NCBI GenBank assembly: GCA_965219955.1
Contig: OZ244799.1
Location: 3,488,001-3,552,000 of the forward strand
Source of the DNA: a bacterium
GTDB taxonomy: Bacteria; UBA8248
Direction of reading: 5' to 3'
Length of the DNA: 64,000 nt
The first letter of the stretch is position 1, and every line of letters begins with the position of its first letter. Positions 9,525 to 22,071 of the stretch are shown here, in pieces. The notes below the pieces were generated by a model. The model was not told the DNA's origin and made no database searches. It saw only the letters and a program-made list of their open reading frames with translations. The position numbers and the translations under genes were made by a program.

Positions 9525-10394
9525 CTACTTCAGGTTTTCGAGATACCGCTTCACCTCGTAGCGTTCGGTGAGCTCGATGAACTTCTGTCGCATCGCTTCC
9601 TGCCTGTTGCGCTCACCCATCTCCTTGGTGATTTTCTCCGCCACTTCCGAGAAATCGAGTTGCTTCGCTTCCTCCTTCCTGGAGGTTTTCACGACGTGCC
9701 AGCCGTAGATGCTCTGCACGACACCGCTGTGCGCGCCCGGATCGAGAGAAAACGCCGTCTGCTCGATGATCTCGGGCAGGCCCGTCTTCTTGCTGTGGCC
9801 CCGCTCCATCTCGCCCAGGCTCCCGCCGAGCGCGCGCTCGGGCGCGAGGGAATACTTCTTCGCCAGTTCGGCGAAGTCCCCTCCCCCAGCGATCTTCGCC
9901 AGCAAATCGTTCGCCTCTTTCTCGGAAGCCACCATGATATGGGCCGCGGTGACCTTGCCCCCCTTGGTGTATTTCGCCTTGTTGCGCTCATACTCTGCGC
10001 GGATTTCGGACGCCTTGGGCCGCGCGCCCTCTTCGATTCTGCGAATCGCCTCGCCGATGAGAATCTCGCGCCGCGCGCGCTCGATTTGCATCTTCACCCG
10101 CTCGGCGCCCAGAAAATTGCTCTCATCCGCATGCCGGAGCATGAGTCTGCGCTGAATGAGGGCTTCCAGGAACGCCGGCTTATTCGCATCCGCCTGCGCC
10201 TGCATGTTGGCGGGCAACTGGTAGATGAAGGCGTTAAATGCCCCGAGCGTTATCGGCATATCTCCAACGTGCGCGACGACGCTCTCCTCAGCCGCCTTCG
10301 AGCCGCTCCTGGGCGCGGCGGATGCTGTGGAGATGAAAATCAGAAAAGCCGCGAGGGTGAGGACTGCAATTTTTCCGATGGGCGGGCGCGTCAT
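9525..10394 (-). CDS. parvulin-type peptidyl-prolyl isomerase (PpiC/PrsA-like), exported
   Basis: AAHIMV, FAELAKKYS, GGSLG, YGWHVVK; signal peptide. Confidence 0.88.
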   Translation of the reverse strand: MTRPPIGKIAVLTLAAFLIFISTASAAPRSGSKAAEESVVAHVGDMPITLGAFNAFIYQLPANMQAQADANKPAFLEALIQRRLMLRHADESNFLGAERVKMQIERARREILIGEAIRRIEEGARPKASEIRAEYERNKAKYTKGGKVTAAHIMVASEKEANDLLAKIAGGGDFAELAKKYSLAPERALGGSLGEMERGHSKKTGLPEIIEQTAFSLDPGAHSGVVQSIYGWHVVKTSRKEEAKQLDFSEVAEKITKEMGERNRQEAMRQKFIELTERYEVKRYLENLK

Positions 10395-10473
10395 GACGTG
10401 TCTCCTGAAAATATGGCGGGCAAATGAGGAAAGGGAGAGCATACAACAAATCGCGCATGGCTGCCTTCCGCCC

Positions 10474-11187
10474 TCAATCGCCAGCCTTCTCCATCCGCTT
10501 CGGGCCGATGAGGAGGACGCACTCGCCCTTGATTCTCTTGTCCTCGAGCGCATCGGCCAGCGCCTGCGCCGTGTTCCTCAAAATTTCCTCGTGGAGTTTC
10601 GTGATCTCGCGCGCAAGGGCCAGGGGCCGCGCGGGCGCGATGGCGGCGATCTCGCTCACGAGCCTCGGCGTTCTGTGGGGCGATTCGAAAACGACGACCG
10701 TGCGCTCCTCGCTCAGGAGCGCTTCGATCTTTTGAAGCCTCTTCCGGCCCTTCGGGGGAAGGAACCCCTCGAATACGAAGCTGTCGGTGGGAAGCCCCGA
10801 GGCGGTGAGCGCGGCGAGAACGGAGGACGGCCCGGGTACGGGAACGACGGCGACGCCCGCTTCTATCGCGGCGCGCACCACCCGGTAGGCGGGGTCGGAA
10901 ACGCCCGGCGTCCCCGCGTCGGACACCACGGCGACGCGCTCGCCTTGAAGAGCGCGCGCGGCGAGTTCACCGGCGCGCCTCGCCTCGTTGTGTTCGTGAT
11001 AGCTCAGGAGCGGTTTCTTGATTCCGAGCCTGGAGAGCAGCCTGCCCGTGTGGCGCGTGTCCTCGCACGCGATGAGGTCGCACTCGCGCAGGATCCTTAA
11101 AGCGCGTTCGGTGATGTCTTCGAGATTTCCAATCGGTGTGGCGACGAGATAGACGCCGGGGGAGAGGGGCGGCGGCGGCTTGGCCAT
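10474..11187 (-). CDS. rsmI: 16S rRNA C1402 2'-O-methyltransferase
   Basis: VATPIGNLEDIT.RA, ACEDTRHT, SDAGTPGVSDP, FESPHR, REITKLHEE. Confidence 0.95.
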   Translation of the reverse strand: MAKPPPPLSPGVYLVATPIGNLEDITERALRILRECDLIACEDTRHTGRLLSRLGIKKPLLSYHEHNEARRAGELAARALQGERVAVVSDAGTPGVSDPAYRVVRAAIEAGVAVVPVPGPSSVLAALTASGLPTDSFVFEGFLPPKGRKRLQKIEALLSEERTVVVFESPHRTPRLVSEIAAIAPARPLALAREITKLHEEILRNTAQALADALEDKRIKGECVLLIGPKRMEKAGD

Positions 11188-11191
11188 GCGC

Positions 11192-12394
11192 TCAGGCCAC
11201 GACGCCCGCTTCTCGCAGGTTTGCTATGTCATCCTCGCTCGTTCCGAACTCGCGGAGCACCTCGTCGGTGTGCTCTCCCAGCAGGGGCGCGGGCGTCCTC
11301 ACGCCGACGCGCGTCTGAGACAGCTTGGGCGGGAAGCCCAGGACCCGGATATGGCCCGCCGCGGGGTGTTCCATCTCGACGCTCATCTCCCTGGCCTGAA
11401 TCTGGGGATGCGCAAAAGTCTCCGCCATGTTCAGGATCGGCCCGCAGGGGATGCCGCCCGAATCGAGAAGCGCCACCCACTCGTCCCGCGTCTTTTCGAT
11501 GAACACCTCTTCGAGTTCGCTTGCGAGTGCGAGATAGTTCTCGCGCCGTAATCCATCGCTCGCGTATTCCGCACGCTCCAGCAGGTCTTCGCGCCCGATC
11601 GTTCCGCAGAAGAGCTCCCAGTTCCTCTGGTTGGCGGCGCCCAGGGCCAGATAGCCGTCCTTGCACTGAAAGGCCTGGTAGGGGGCCGTCATCTCGTGGG
11701 CTGAGCCGAGAGGTTCGGGCGGCTCGCCGGAGGGGAAGAACTGCGACGCCTGCCAGAAGGTGTAGCCGAGGCCTGCGTCGGTCAGCGCCATGTCGATGCG
11801 CTGGCCTTCGCCCGTGCGCTGTTTGTGGATGTAGGCGGAGAGGATCGAGAGCGCCGTGTACATGCCTGCGTTCAGATCGCATATCGGCACGGGAATCTTA
11901 GCAGGCGCGCCGCCCGGCTCGCCCGTGAAGCTCATGAGGCTCGAGAGGCCCTGCGAGACGAGATCGAACCCGCCCTTGCCCGCGAATGGGCCTGAGTCGC
12001 CGTAACCGGAAATGGAGGCGTAGACGAGGCCCGGGTTGAGTTCTTTCAGGTCCTCATAGCCCAGGCCGAGCCTCGTCATGATGCCGGGGCGTATGTTCTC
12101 GACGAACACGTCGACCCCTTTCGCGAGTTCCTTCATGAGCGCGACGCCTTCGGGCGTCTTCATGTTCACCGCCAGACTGCGCTTGTTGCGGTTCAGGTTC
12201 ATGAAGCCGTGGGCTTCGCCGCCGTCATAATAGCGGCCCAGCCGGCGCGCGCTGTCGCCGCCGTCTGGGTTTTCGATCTTGATGACGTCCGCGCCCATGT
12301 CCGCCAGCAGGCACCCGCAGAACGGGCCGGCCATCACCTGGCAGACCTCCAGCACGCGAACGCCCTCGAGCGGCCCACCCGTCTTTCGGCTCAT
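11192..12394 (-). CDS. CaiB/BaiF family III CoA transferase
   Basis: PLEGVRVLE, AGPFC, NRNKRS, ENIRPG. Confidence 0.92.
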   Translation of the reverse strand: MSRKTGGPLEGVRVLEVCQVMAGPFCGCLLADMGADVIKIENPDGGDSARRLGRYYDGGEAHGFMNLNRNKRSLAVNMKTPEGVALMKELAKGVDVFVENIRPGIMTRLGLGYEDLKELNPGLVYASISGYGDSGPFAGKGGFDLVSQGLSSLMSFTGEPGGAPAKIPVPICDLNAGMYTALSILSAYIHKQRTGEGQRIDMALTDAGLGYTFWQASQFFPSGEPPEPLGSAHEMTAPYQAFQCKDGYLALGAANQRNWELFCGTIGREDLLERAEYASDGLRRENYLALASELEEVFIEKTRDEWVALLDSGGIPCGPILNMAETFAHPQIQAREMSVEMEHPAAGHIRVLGFPPKLSQTRVGVRTPAPLLGEHTDEVLREFGTSEDDIANLREAGVVA

Positions 12395-12398
12395 CCGT

Positions 12399-13208
12399 TT
12401 ATTTTCCCCGGAATTCAGGCGCGCGCTTGCTCAGAAACGCTTCCACGCCCTCTCTGAAATCTTCGGTGTCGAAGCAGGCGACCTCGCGCGCCTTCTCTTC
12501 TTCGGTGAGAGTGGAGAGGCCCGGATCGAGCAGCACCTTCTTCACGAAACTCTTGTGCCACTTGTGAACGAGGGGCGCCAGGGAAACGATGCGCTCCGCC
12601 ATCCCGTACGCCGCGGCCTCCACCTCCTCGTCCGGCACGACGCGCGCCAGAAAGCCGGCGCCCAGCATCTCCTGCGCCGTGAAGAGCTTGGCGGTGAGCA
12701 GCATGTCCAGCGTGCGCGCGGGGCCGATGGAATATACGAAGCGCCTGAGTTCGGAATAGCCCGCCACGAGGCCGAGTTTGGCCACCGGAATCCCGAAGCG
12801 GGAACTCTCGCCCGCGACCCGCAAGTCCGTGGCGGCGGCGAGCTCCACGCCTCCGCCCACGCAGGCGCCGCGAATGAGGCAGATGACGGGCTTGGAGAAC
12901 GCATCGACCGCATCGAGACCGCGCAGAAAGCCTGTTTCCGAGAAATGTTTCGCCTGGGCGGAACTGTAGCGCTCCTGCTTGAAGCGCGAGATGTCCGCCC
13001 CGGCCGAGAAGGCGCGTTCGCCTGCGCCCCGGAACACGACGGCGCGCACCGAATCGTCCGCGTCGAGTTCGGGCATGAGGCTGCCGATTTCCACCCACAT
13101 CTCATACTCGATGGCGTTCAGCCGCTCGGGCGCGTTGAAGGTGATCGTCGCCACCGCGTCCTTGCGGGAGAGCAGTATTTTTCCGTCCGCGCGTTGTTCT
13201 TCGCTCAC
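12399..13208 (-). CDS. enoyl-CoA hydratase/isomerase family protein
   Basis: AFSAGADI, GACVGGGVELA, DFREGVEAFLSKR.PEFRG. Confidence 0.92.
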   Translation of the reverse strand: MSEEQRADGKILLSRKDAVATITFNAPERLNAIEYEMWVEIGSLMPELDADDSVRAVVFRGAGERAFSAGADISRFKQERYSSAQAKHFSETGFLRGLDAVDAFSKPVICLIRGACVGGGVELAAATDLRVAGESSRFGIPVAKLGLVAGYSELRRFVYSIGPARTLDMLLTAKLFTAQEMLGAGFLARVVPDEEVEAAAYGMAERIVSLAPLVHKWHKSFVKKVLLDPGLSTLTEEEKAREVACFDTEDFREGVEAFLSKRAPEFRGK

Positions 13209-13300
13209 GTCAATCGCCCCCGAATCAATCTCTGCCGCGTATCAGCCGACAAAAGTCCGGCCGGAATATCCCACTGCCGCTCGACAAACGGGAGAAAGGC

Positions 13301-13519
13301 TTACGCTTCCTGCGCATCCTTGTATTCTTCGAGCCACGCCATCTGGATGGCCTCGAGCTTGCCCTCCGTCGAGGTCTTTGGATCGTCGTCGAACTCCTCG
13401 AGTTCGCACACCCACTCGTGCAAGTCGGTGAAGCGCACGGAGAGCGGGTCCAGCTTCGGAAATTTCTCGTACAGCGCGATGCCGATGTCCTCGGCGTCTT
13501 CCCAGCCAAACGTGTCCAC
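13301..13519 (-). CDS. iscX: Fe-S assembly protein IscX
   Basis: W.D..DIGIAL, VRFTDL, LEAIQMAWLEE; last gene of the isc operon. Confidence 0.95.
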   Translation of the reverse strand: MDTFGWEDAEDIGIALYEKFPKLDPLSVRFTDLHEWVCELEEFDDDPKTSTEGKLEAIQMAWLEEYKDAQEA

Positions 13520-13544
13520 CGGTTTCTCTCCTGAACCGAAATTC

Positions 13545-13901
13545 CTAATGGGCGTGTTGCTCGCGGGCCGCGTCCGGGCCTTCCTGCACGAGGTTCACGT
13601 TCCAGAACGGCACCTCGATCTCGATGACCTCGTCCGTGTCGGTCTCCAGCGTCGCCTGGCAGGCGAGCCGGCTGTCGAGGTCCACGTCGCGCGCGTCGTC
13701 GAGCTGGTCTTCCTCATCCTCGGTGGATTCGTTGAAGCAGTCCGCGCCGGTCCGGATCTTCACGTGGCATGTCGAGCAGGCGCACACGCCGCCGCAGGCA
13801 TGATCCAGGTCGAAGCCGTTTTCAAGCGCCACTTCGAGAATGTTCTCGCCCTCATGGATCTCTAACGTCTGTTTCTCTTCCGTGAAATGTAGTTTCGCCA
13901 T
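13545..13901 (-). CDS. fdx: ISC-type [2Fe-2S] ferredoxin
   Basis: HACGGVCACSTCHV ... SRLACQ. Confidence 0.93.
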   Translation of the reverse strand: MAKLHFTEEKQTLEIHEGENILEVALENGFDLDHACGGVCACSTCHVKIRTGADCFNESTEDEEDQLDDARDVDLDSRLACQATLETDTDEVIEIEVPFWNVNLVQEGPDAAREQHAH

Positions 13902-13940
13902 TTTCTTCCCCTGCACTCCGCTCGAGTCGCCCCGCGGTTA

Positions 13941-15772
<1,832 letters not shown>

Positions 15773-15776
<4 letters not shown>

Positions 15777-16414
15777 TCGCTCTCCTCCAGGGCGCGCCTG
15801 AGGCTCGTGAGGGTGTTCTCGATGTAGTTCCTCTGTCCGAGGATGGAGCGCATCTTCCCCACGATATCGGGCGGCGCGGGTTCGCCCCTGTCCACCGCCT
15901 CGTCCCAGGCGGCGCCCAGCCTGTCGAGCGCCGTGCGCTGTCCGTCCCGGAGCGCGGAAAAGCACCCCATGGCCGCGTTCAGGCGCTCGCGCAGATTCTC
16001 GGCTTCCTCTTCGTCCACGCAGCCCTGAAACTCCTCCGCAGCCTCCTGGGCCTCGAATATCTCCTCGAACAACTCGGGCGGGGGCCTCCGCTCGTTCTCG
16101 TCGAGCTTTCCGCTTTCGAGCTGCACGAGATAGATGGCGCGCGCAATCGGATCCTTGAGGGCCTGGTACGCCTCGTTGATGCGCGCGGTCGCGTCCAGGC
16201 TCCTGATCCGCACCGCGGCGGGCGCATCCATGAAGAAATCGGGGTGAAGCCTGCGGTTCAGCTCGTAGAACCTGGTCTCGAGCGCCTCGGCGTCGGCCTT
16301 GAACCTTCGCCGAACCCCCAGCAGGGCGAAATGATCGACCTCGGCGGGAACGGCTTCTATCTCGCCGTCTTCATCGAAGATGGAAAAAGGCTTTTCTTTC
16401 GTCGCTTCGCTCAT
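15773..16414 (-). CDS. hscB: Fe-S co-chaperone HscB
   Basis: J-domain [18 protein letters not shown]. Confidence 0.9.
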
Positions 16415-16519
16415 CTCGCGATTCCAGGCCCGCATGAACAGCCGGGCGATTTGAACTCAAAAGAAAAACGCGTCGCTATCCCATGCGGCATGGGCGCGGC
16501 GCGTTTCATCCCGGTTGCG

Positions 16520-16876
16520 TTACGCGGAAAAACTTTCCCCGCAACCACAGGACTGGCGTGCGTTGGGGTTCTTGAACACAAAACCCTTGCCCATCAGCCC
16601 GTCTTCGAAATCCAGCATGGTGCCCGCCAGGAAAAAGAGGCTCTTCTTGTCCACGACCACCCGGACGCCGTCTTTTTCGAACACCTCGTCCATCAGCGGG
16701 TTGATGCGTTCTTCGCCCTCGAACTGAAGGACGTAGGAAAGCCCGGAGCAGCCCCCGCCCTTCACGCCGACGCGCAGAACGCGGCCCTGCGCCCCCTCTT
16801 TCTCCATGAAGCGGTTCACGTGCTCCACCGCCTTGTCGGTGATTTCGATGCTCAGTCTTTTCGCAGCGGTCTCCAT
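16520..16876 (-). CDS. iscA: A-type Fe-S carrier IscA
   Basis: GGGCSGLSY and CGCGESF. Confidence 0.93.
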   Translation of the reverse strand: METAAKRLSIEITDKAVEHVNRFMEKEGAQGRVLRVGVKGGGCSGLSYVLQFEGEERINPLMDEVFEKDGVRVVVDKKSLFFLAGTMLDFEDGLMGKGFVFKNPNARQSCGCGESFSA

Positions 16877-16907
16877 ACCCTGCCCCTTACATGCGAATCG
16901 CCCGCTT

Positions 16908-17318
16908 CTAGTGGTGGCCCTTGCGCTCGACCACCGGCATCCCGTTTTTCTCGCGAAAATCGTTCAGCGCGGTCTTGATGGCGTCTTCGGCCAGCACGGA
17001 ACAGTGGATCTTCACCGGCGGGAGGTTCAGCTCCTCGACGATCTGCGTGTTCCTGATCTCCTCGGCCTCGTCCACCGTCTTGCCCTTGAGCCACTCGGTG
17101 GCCAGGGAACTCGAGGCGATGGCGCTTCCGCAGCCGAAGGTCTTGAACTTCGCGTCCTCGATGAGGCCGCCGTCGTCCACCTTGATCTGGAGCTTCATCA
17201 CGTCGCCGCATTCGGGCGCGCCGACGATGCCCGTGCCCACCGTCTGGTCGTTCTTGTCGAGCGAACCGACGTTGCGCGGGTTGTTGTAGTGATCGACCAC
17301 CTTGTCGCTGTAAGCCAT
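16908..17318 (-). CDS. iscU: Fe-S scaffold IscU
   Basis: MAYSDKVVDHY.NPRNVG, APECGD, GCGSAIAS, LPPVKIHCS. Confidence 0.97.
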   Translation of the reverse strand: MAYSDKVVDHYNNPRNVGSLDKNDQTVGTGIVGAPECGDVMKLQIKVDDGGLIEDAKFKTFGCGSAIASSSLATEWLKGKTVDEAEEIRNTQIVEELNLPPVKIHCSVLAEDAIKTALNDFREKNGMPVVERKGHH

Positions 17319-17402
17319 TTTCCCGTTCTCCTCTTTCCAGTTGCTGCGATTCCGGATTCCTGCGAGCCGCAGGCTCTATATCAAAATAAGCTCAACGCTC
17401 CT

Positions 17403-18623
17403 TTAATGCGACTGCCACTCCACCTTGGAGAGGTCCACGCCCTCTTTCACCATCTCGTAAAGCGGGCTCATCTCGCGAAGCCGGTTCACGATGCCCGTCG
17501 TCTTCTCGGCGACGTAATCTATCTCCTCCTCGGTGGTGAAGCGCCCGAAGCCGTAGCGAATCGACGAGTGCGCCAGCTCGTCGCCCCGGCCCATGGACTT
17601 GAGCACGTAGCTCGGCTCGAGGCTCGCCGAGGTGCAGGCCGAGCCCGAGGATACGGCCACATCGCTCAGCCCCATGATGAGCGATTCGCCCTCCACGTAG
17701 GGGAAGCTCAGGTTCAGGTTGCCCGAGAGGCGCTTGGTCTCATGGCCGTTCACGTACACCTCATCGAGGCTCTCGAACATGGTGGCCCTGAACTTGTCGC
17801 GCAGGTTCGTGAGGCGGATGTTCTCCTCTTCCATCTCTTCCATGCACAACTCGGCCGCCTTGCCGAAGCCGACGATGCCCGAGACGTTCAGCGTGCCCGA
17901 GCGCATGCCCCGCTCGTGGCCGCCGCCGTCGATGATGGCGGACAGGCGAACGCGCGGCCTGCGCCTTCGCACGTAAATCAACCCCACGCCCTTGGGCCCG
18001 TAGACCTTGTGGGCGGAGGCCGAGAGGAGGTCGATTTTCATCTCGTCCACGTCGATGGGAATCTTGCCGTAGCCCTGCGTGGCGTCGGTGTGGAAGAGGA
18101 TGCCGCGGTCCCGGCACAGCGCGCCGATCTCGGCGATGGGGTTCAGCACGCCGACCTCGTTGTTCGCCGCCATGATGGAGACCAGGATGGTGTCGTCGCG
18201 CAGGGCGCCCTCAACCATCTCCGCCGTCGTGATGCCGTCCTCGGGGGGCTCGATGTAGGTGACGTCGAAGCCCCACGTCTCCAGGCGCTTGGCGGAGTCG
18301 ATGATGGCCTTGTGCTCGATCGCCGAGGTGACGACGTGGTTGCCCTTTTTCTTGTACATCTCGGCGACGCCCTTGAGCGCCATGTTGTCGGACTCCGTGG
18401 CCCCGCTCGTGAAGATGATCTCGCGCGGGTCCGCGCCGATGACGGCGGCGAGCTTCTCCCGGGCGTCGTCCACGGCCTTTTCCGCCTCCCAGCCGAAGCT
18501 GTGGTTGCGGCTCGCGGCGTTTCCGAACTTCTCGCCGAAGTAGGGGTTCATCTCATCCAGGACGCGCGGGTCCATGGGCGTCGTCGCCTGATAATCCATA
18601 TAGATGGGGAACTTCAAGCTCAT
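17403..18623 (-). CDS. iscS: cysteine desulfurase IscS
   Basis: [28 protein letters not shown]. Confidence 0.97.
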   Translation of the reverse strand: MSLKFPIYMDYQATTPMDPRVLDEMNPYFGEKFGNAASRNHSFGWEAEKAVDDAREKLAAVIGADPREIIFTSGATESDNMALKGVAEMYKKKGNHVVTSAIEHKAIIDSAKRLETWGFDVTYIEPPEDGITTAEMVEGALRDDTILVSIMAANNEVGVLNPIAEIGALCRDRGILFHTDATQGYGKIPIDVDEMKIDLLSASAHKVYGPKGVGLIYVRRRRPRVRLSAIIDGGGHERGMRSGTLNVSGIVGFGKAAELCMEEMEEENIRLTNLRDKFRATMFESLDEVYVNGHETKRLSGNLNLSFPYVEGESLIMGLSDVAVSSGSACTSASLEPSYVLKSMGRGDELAHSSIRYGFGRFTTEEEIDYVAEKTTGIVNRLREMSPLYEMVKEGVDLSKVEWQSH

Positions 18624-19045
18624 CTGATCTCTCCTGCCGGCGTACCCACCATGTCTAGAAGGGTCATTCCCTCAAGCACGTCGGTCACCTTTTTCTGGAT
18701 CCTCTCCATGGGATAAAAAATCGTGCATTTCTCGTATTGTTCACAGCCAGCGGCGTCGCCGATCTGGCACGTCGCCATGGCGATGGGTCCTTCGATGGCC
18801 CGGATGACCTCGGCCACCGAGACGCTCTCGGGCCTGCGCGAGAGAACGTAGCCGCCCTTGGGGCCGTTTCTCGACTCCACGAGGCCGTTTTTGGCCAGAA
18901 GCTGCATCGTCTTCGCAAGCAACTCGGCGGGAATGCCGAACCTCTGCGCGATGGCGCGCGAGGTGATGGCCGCGTCCTCATCCTGCTCCGCGAGGTAGCA
19001 CAGGGCCATCAAGCCGTAATCCGTGCGCTTCGCAATCGCAAACAT
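18620..19045 (-). CDS. iscR: Rrf2-family regulator (IscR-like)
   Basis: TDYGL, G.KGGY.L.R, three Cys (C-x7-C-x5-C); first gene of the isc operon. Confidence 0.85.
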   Translation of the reverse strand: MFAIAKRTDYGLMALCYLAEQDEDAAITSRAIAQRFGIPAELLAKTMQLLAKNGLVESRNGPKGGYVLSRRPESVSVAEVIRAIEGPIAMATCQIGDAAGCEQYEKCTIFYPMERIQKKVTDVLEGMTLLDMVGTPAGEIR

Positions 19046-19125
19046 TCCGCATACCGCCTTGAATTATAGAGGATTATCGGTCAATTCCGACCATTTGGAA
19101 GCTGACGGCGTCTTTCCCCCACTAA

Positions 19126-19190
19126 ATGCGACCCAAATGGTCGCCGACCCATCCAGTCGCATATATACGCCCCAAACGAGTTTCTGTCAA
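19126..19190 (-). promoter_or_regulatory. sigma70 promoter of the isc operon with tandem Rrf2-type operator palindromes
   Basis: Minus-strand TTGACA (19185-19190)-17 bp-TATATA (19162-19167); GCGACC-N5-GGTCGC and CGAC-N7-GTCG palindromes at 19128-19160. Confidence 0.7.
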
Positions 19191-19279
19191 GGGTTTTGGC
19201 CATAAAATCAACACGTAAGCGCGGATGGGGAGAACCAAACGATGCTGCGTGCTTTCCTCCGGCCAAGGCGCGTCACAAC

Positions 19280-20452
19280 CTACCTCCCCCCTTTCACCAA
19301 CTCCCACTTGCCCTTTCGCACGCGCACCAGCACGAGGGAGTCGGCATCCAGGCCGTTGTGGTCGTTCTTGGAGAAGCCGTAGGTGCCGTTCAGCCCCGTG
19401 AAATACCGCGCCCCCTCCACGCCTGCGGGGATTCTCTCGCGGTTCGCGCCCACGCCCCGGGCGGACCACGCCAGAATGCGCAGCGCGTCGACGGCGGCGG
19501 CGGCCGTCTCGCCCGGCGCGCTCCTGTAGGTCTTCCGGTACTCGGCCCGAAACGCCATGAGTTCCTTCCTGGCGGTGTGCGATTCGCCCAGAAGATGAGC
19601 CGCCGTGGCCCACGAGGCGGGAAACACCACGCCCTCGGCGGCCTTGCCTCCGTTTCGGGCGCCGAGCATTCCGGGTGACGCGTGAGAAACGTAAAGCGGT
19701 ATCTTGAGGTCGAGTGCCGCGCGGGCGCGCACCAGGTCCACGCGCGACGCCCCTCTCGCCCAGTGCACGAAACCCCCGACGCCGCGCAGGGAGGCGCGCT
19801 TCAGAAAGGGCAGGAAGTTATGCTCTCCCGGCTTGAAGGATTCGTTCAAGAGGATGGACACGCCGAAATCGGGCGCGAGCGCCGTTATCTGCTCCCGGCC
19901 CTCGGAGCCATAGCCCAGGGATGAGCCCAGCACCGCCGCGCGCTTGATTCCCCTGCTTTTCAGGTGTCCCAGTATCAGCCGAACGGGCAGCGACGCGGGC
20001 CTTGCGGTGGAAAACACCCATTTGAGGGGGGGCGAGAGAATTTCCTCGGGCGCGGACAGGGTGAAAAGCGGTACCCTCTCCTCCTGGGCCGCTTTGGCGG
20101 CGGCGATGGCGGCGTAATGCTCGACGGGGCCTATCACGGCGACGGCTTTATGCACGCGAACGAGACTGCGGACGGCCGCCGCCGCCGCTTCGGGGCTTCC
20201 CCTGGTGTCGAGGGTGAGAAGAAAGATGCGACCGCCCGCGACGCCCCTGCGGTTGATTCGCGCCATTTCAAGCAAAAGCGCGCCTCTGGCCTCACGGCCT
20301 GAAGGCCCGCTCGGCCCCGACAGATCAAGCGCCAGGCCGACGACGATCCTGTCGGCCGGGGCCGCGTCCACGGCCCATCCGCCGACGCAGCAAAAGACCG
20401 CCAGCGCCGCCGCCCACTTCATGCGCCATCCGTTTTTGATCGCCACGCTCAT
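19280..20452 (-). CDS. ABC transporter substrate-binding protein (LivJ/branched-chain type)
   Basis: Signal peptide, DLSGP, GLNGTYGFSK.DHNGL; no cognate permease adjacent. Confidence 0.85.
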   Translation of the reverse strand: MSVAIKNGWRMKWAAALAVFCCVGGWAVDAAPADRIVVGLALDLSGPSGPSGREARGALLLEMARINRRGVAGGRIFLLTLDTRGSPEAAAAAVRSLVRVHKAVAVIGPVEHYAAIAAAKAAQEERVPLFTLSAPEEILSPPLKWVFSTARPASLPVRLILGHLKSRGIKRAAVLGSSLGYGSEGREQITALAPDFGVSILLNESFKPGEHNFLPFLKRASLRGVGGFVHWARGASRVDLVRARAALDLKIPLYVSHASPGMLGARNGGKAAEGVVFPASWATAAHLLGESHTARKELMAFRAEYRKTYRSAPGETAAAAVDALRILAWSARGVGANRERIPAGVEGARYFTGLNGTYGFSKNDHNGLDADSLVLVRVRKGKWELVKGGR

Positions 20453-20528
20453 GTTCTATCATTACCCCGAAACTTGGAGCGCCGTCTCCGGAAACCCCAT
20501 ACACGCTTGATAACGGCTGGCCAGACGC

Positions 20529-21680
20529 ATGTCAAACAAACCGAAATACAAAACGGAGAGCACAGGCCTCTCTCCCTCAGGGCGCAGAAGCTTCAGAAGG
20601 CGCATCCTGAGCTGGTACGACAGGGAGAAAAGAGAACTCCCCTGGCGCGGGGAGAATGACCCCTACCGGATATGGGTCTCGGAAGCCATGCTCCAGCAGA
20701 CCCGGGCGGAGACCGTCCGGCTTCGCTATCCCGCCTTCATCGAACGGTTTCCCACATTGACCGCACTGGCCGACGCGCCCCTGGACGCCGTGCTGGCCGA
20801 ATGGCAGGGCCTCGGCTATTACGGCCGCGCGAGAAACTTGCACCGCGCAGCACAGCAGGTGGTGAACGACAACGAGGGCGAGATGCCCGGAACGCGCGGC
20901 GCGTTGCTGGCCCTCCCGGGGGTCGGCTCCTACACGGCGGGGGCGATCGCCAGCATCGCCTTCGGGGAGCGCTGCGCGGCCATCGACGGGAATGTCCTGC
21001 GGGTCATGAGCCGGGTTCTCAATCTCTCGCTCCCCGTCGACTCCCCACCCGCACAAAAGGCCATCCACGAAGAGGCGCAAGCGCTGGTTCCGCGCGCAAG
21101 GCCCGGCGACTTCAACCAGGCGCTGATGGACTTGGGCTCCCGAATCTGCCTTCCCAAAACCCCCGGTTGCGCGGGATGTCCCGTGCGCGATCTGTGCGCG
21201 GGGCATCGGGCGGGAACCCAGAGGGCCCTGCCGGTGAAAACCGCCAAAAAACCGCCCGCGCCGTATACCCTCTTCCAGTTCCGGGCGGAGCGGGACGGGC
21301 TGGTCCTGCTGACCCAAAGAGAGAGAACCGGCCTTTTCGGGGGCATGTGGGAGTTGCCCGGATTCATGCTGGAAGGCCACCACGAGAAGGCCGACTCCCG
21401 TCGCCTGAGAGCGCAATGCGCGAGGCTTCTCGGGCCGGGCTGGCGTCCGGGGCGTGAACTCGCCAGAATCACGAGAACGCTCACCCACAGAAAGATTCTG
21501 TTCGTCGTGTACCTGGCGGAAAATCCTGGTATGAATACGCCGCCCGCAAACCAGGACGGGCTGCTGTGGGCGTCCGGAGAGGATTTCCGCACGCTGGCCG
21601 TCTCCACCGCACAGCGGGCCGCGTGGCGCGCCGCCGGAAGCGCGCTTGCCGAGGGGGACGGAAAACAGGCCGACCGATGA
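20529..21680 (+). CDS. mutY: A/G-specific adenine glycosylase
   Basis: WVSEAMLQQT, WQGLGYY.RARNLH, LPGVG.YTA, DGNV, C-x6-C-x2-C-x5-C, GMWELPG. Confidence 0.95.
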   Translation: MSNKPKYKTESTGLSPSGRRSFRRRILSWYDREKRELPWRGENDPYRIWVSEAMLQQTRAETVRLRYPAFIERFPTLTALADAPLDAVLAEWQGLGYYGRARNLHRAAQQVVNDNEGEMPGTRGALLALPGVGSYTAGAIASIAFGERCAAIDGNVLRVMSRVLNLSLPVDSPPAQKAIHEEAQALVPRARPGDFNQALMDLGSRICLPKTPGCAGCPVRDLCAGHRAGTQRALPVKTAKKPPAPYTLFQFRAERDGLVLLTQRERTGLFGGMWELPGFMLEGHHEKADSRRLRAQCARLLGPGWRPGRELARITRTLTHRKILFVVYLAENPGMNTPPANQDGLLWASGEDFRTLAVSTAQRAAWRAAGSALAEGDGKQADR

Positions 21681-22071
21681 AGCCCGGCCCGCGCCGCCCC
21701 TTTTTTTGAGCTTTCCCCTTGAGGCGGGGATTATATACTTGATTAGGCGAAGAGGGACAACAATTCAAAATGATATCAAAAGGGGAGAAACTTTGACACT
21801 TCCACAACGAGGACAATACCGCTCCTGATCCGGCCAGCGGATATTCTCAAACCATTTTCCGGCGGAAAGCTCATTGGGAAACATTTGGAACAATTCAATA
21901 ATAGTGATACCCTTACGGAAGGGCTTTCCGGGAGCTTGCTTTATGCGCCACGATTTCTTCCTGCCTAACTATTTACAATAAATAAAGGCCGTTTAAGATG
22001 TGTTGTCAAATCAACTCCCATAATTATTTCAAAAAAGTCCAGATAGTTTTTCGGCTGGGGGAGGAACTAAC

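Noticed and set aside
21793-21828. 11-codon ORF (MTLPQRGQYRS) after a GGGGAG RBS in the AT-rich islet
   Set aside because: Too short to support without conservation or ribosome profiling data
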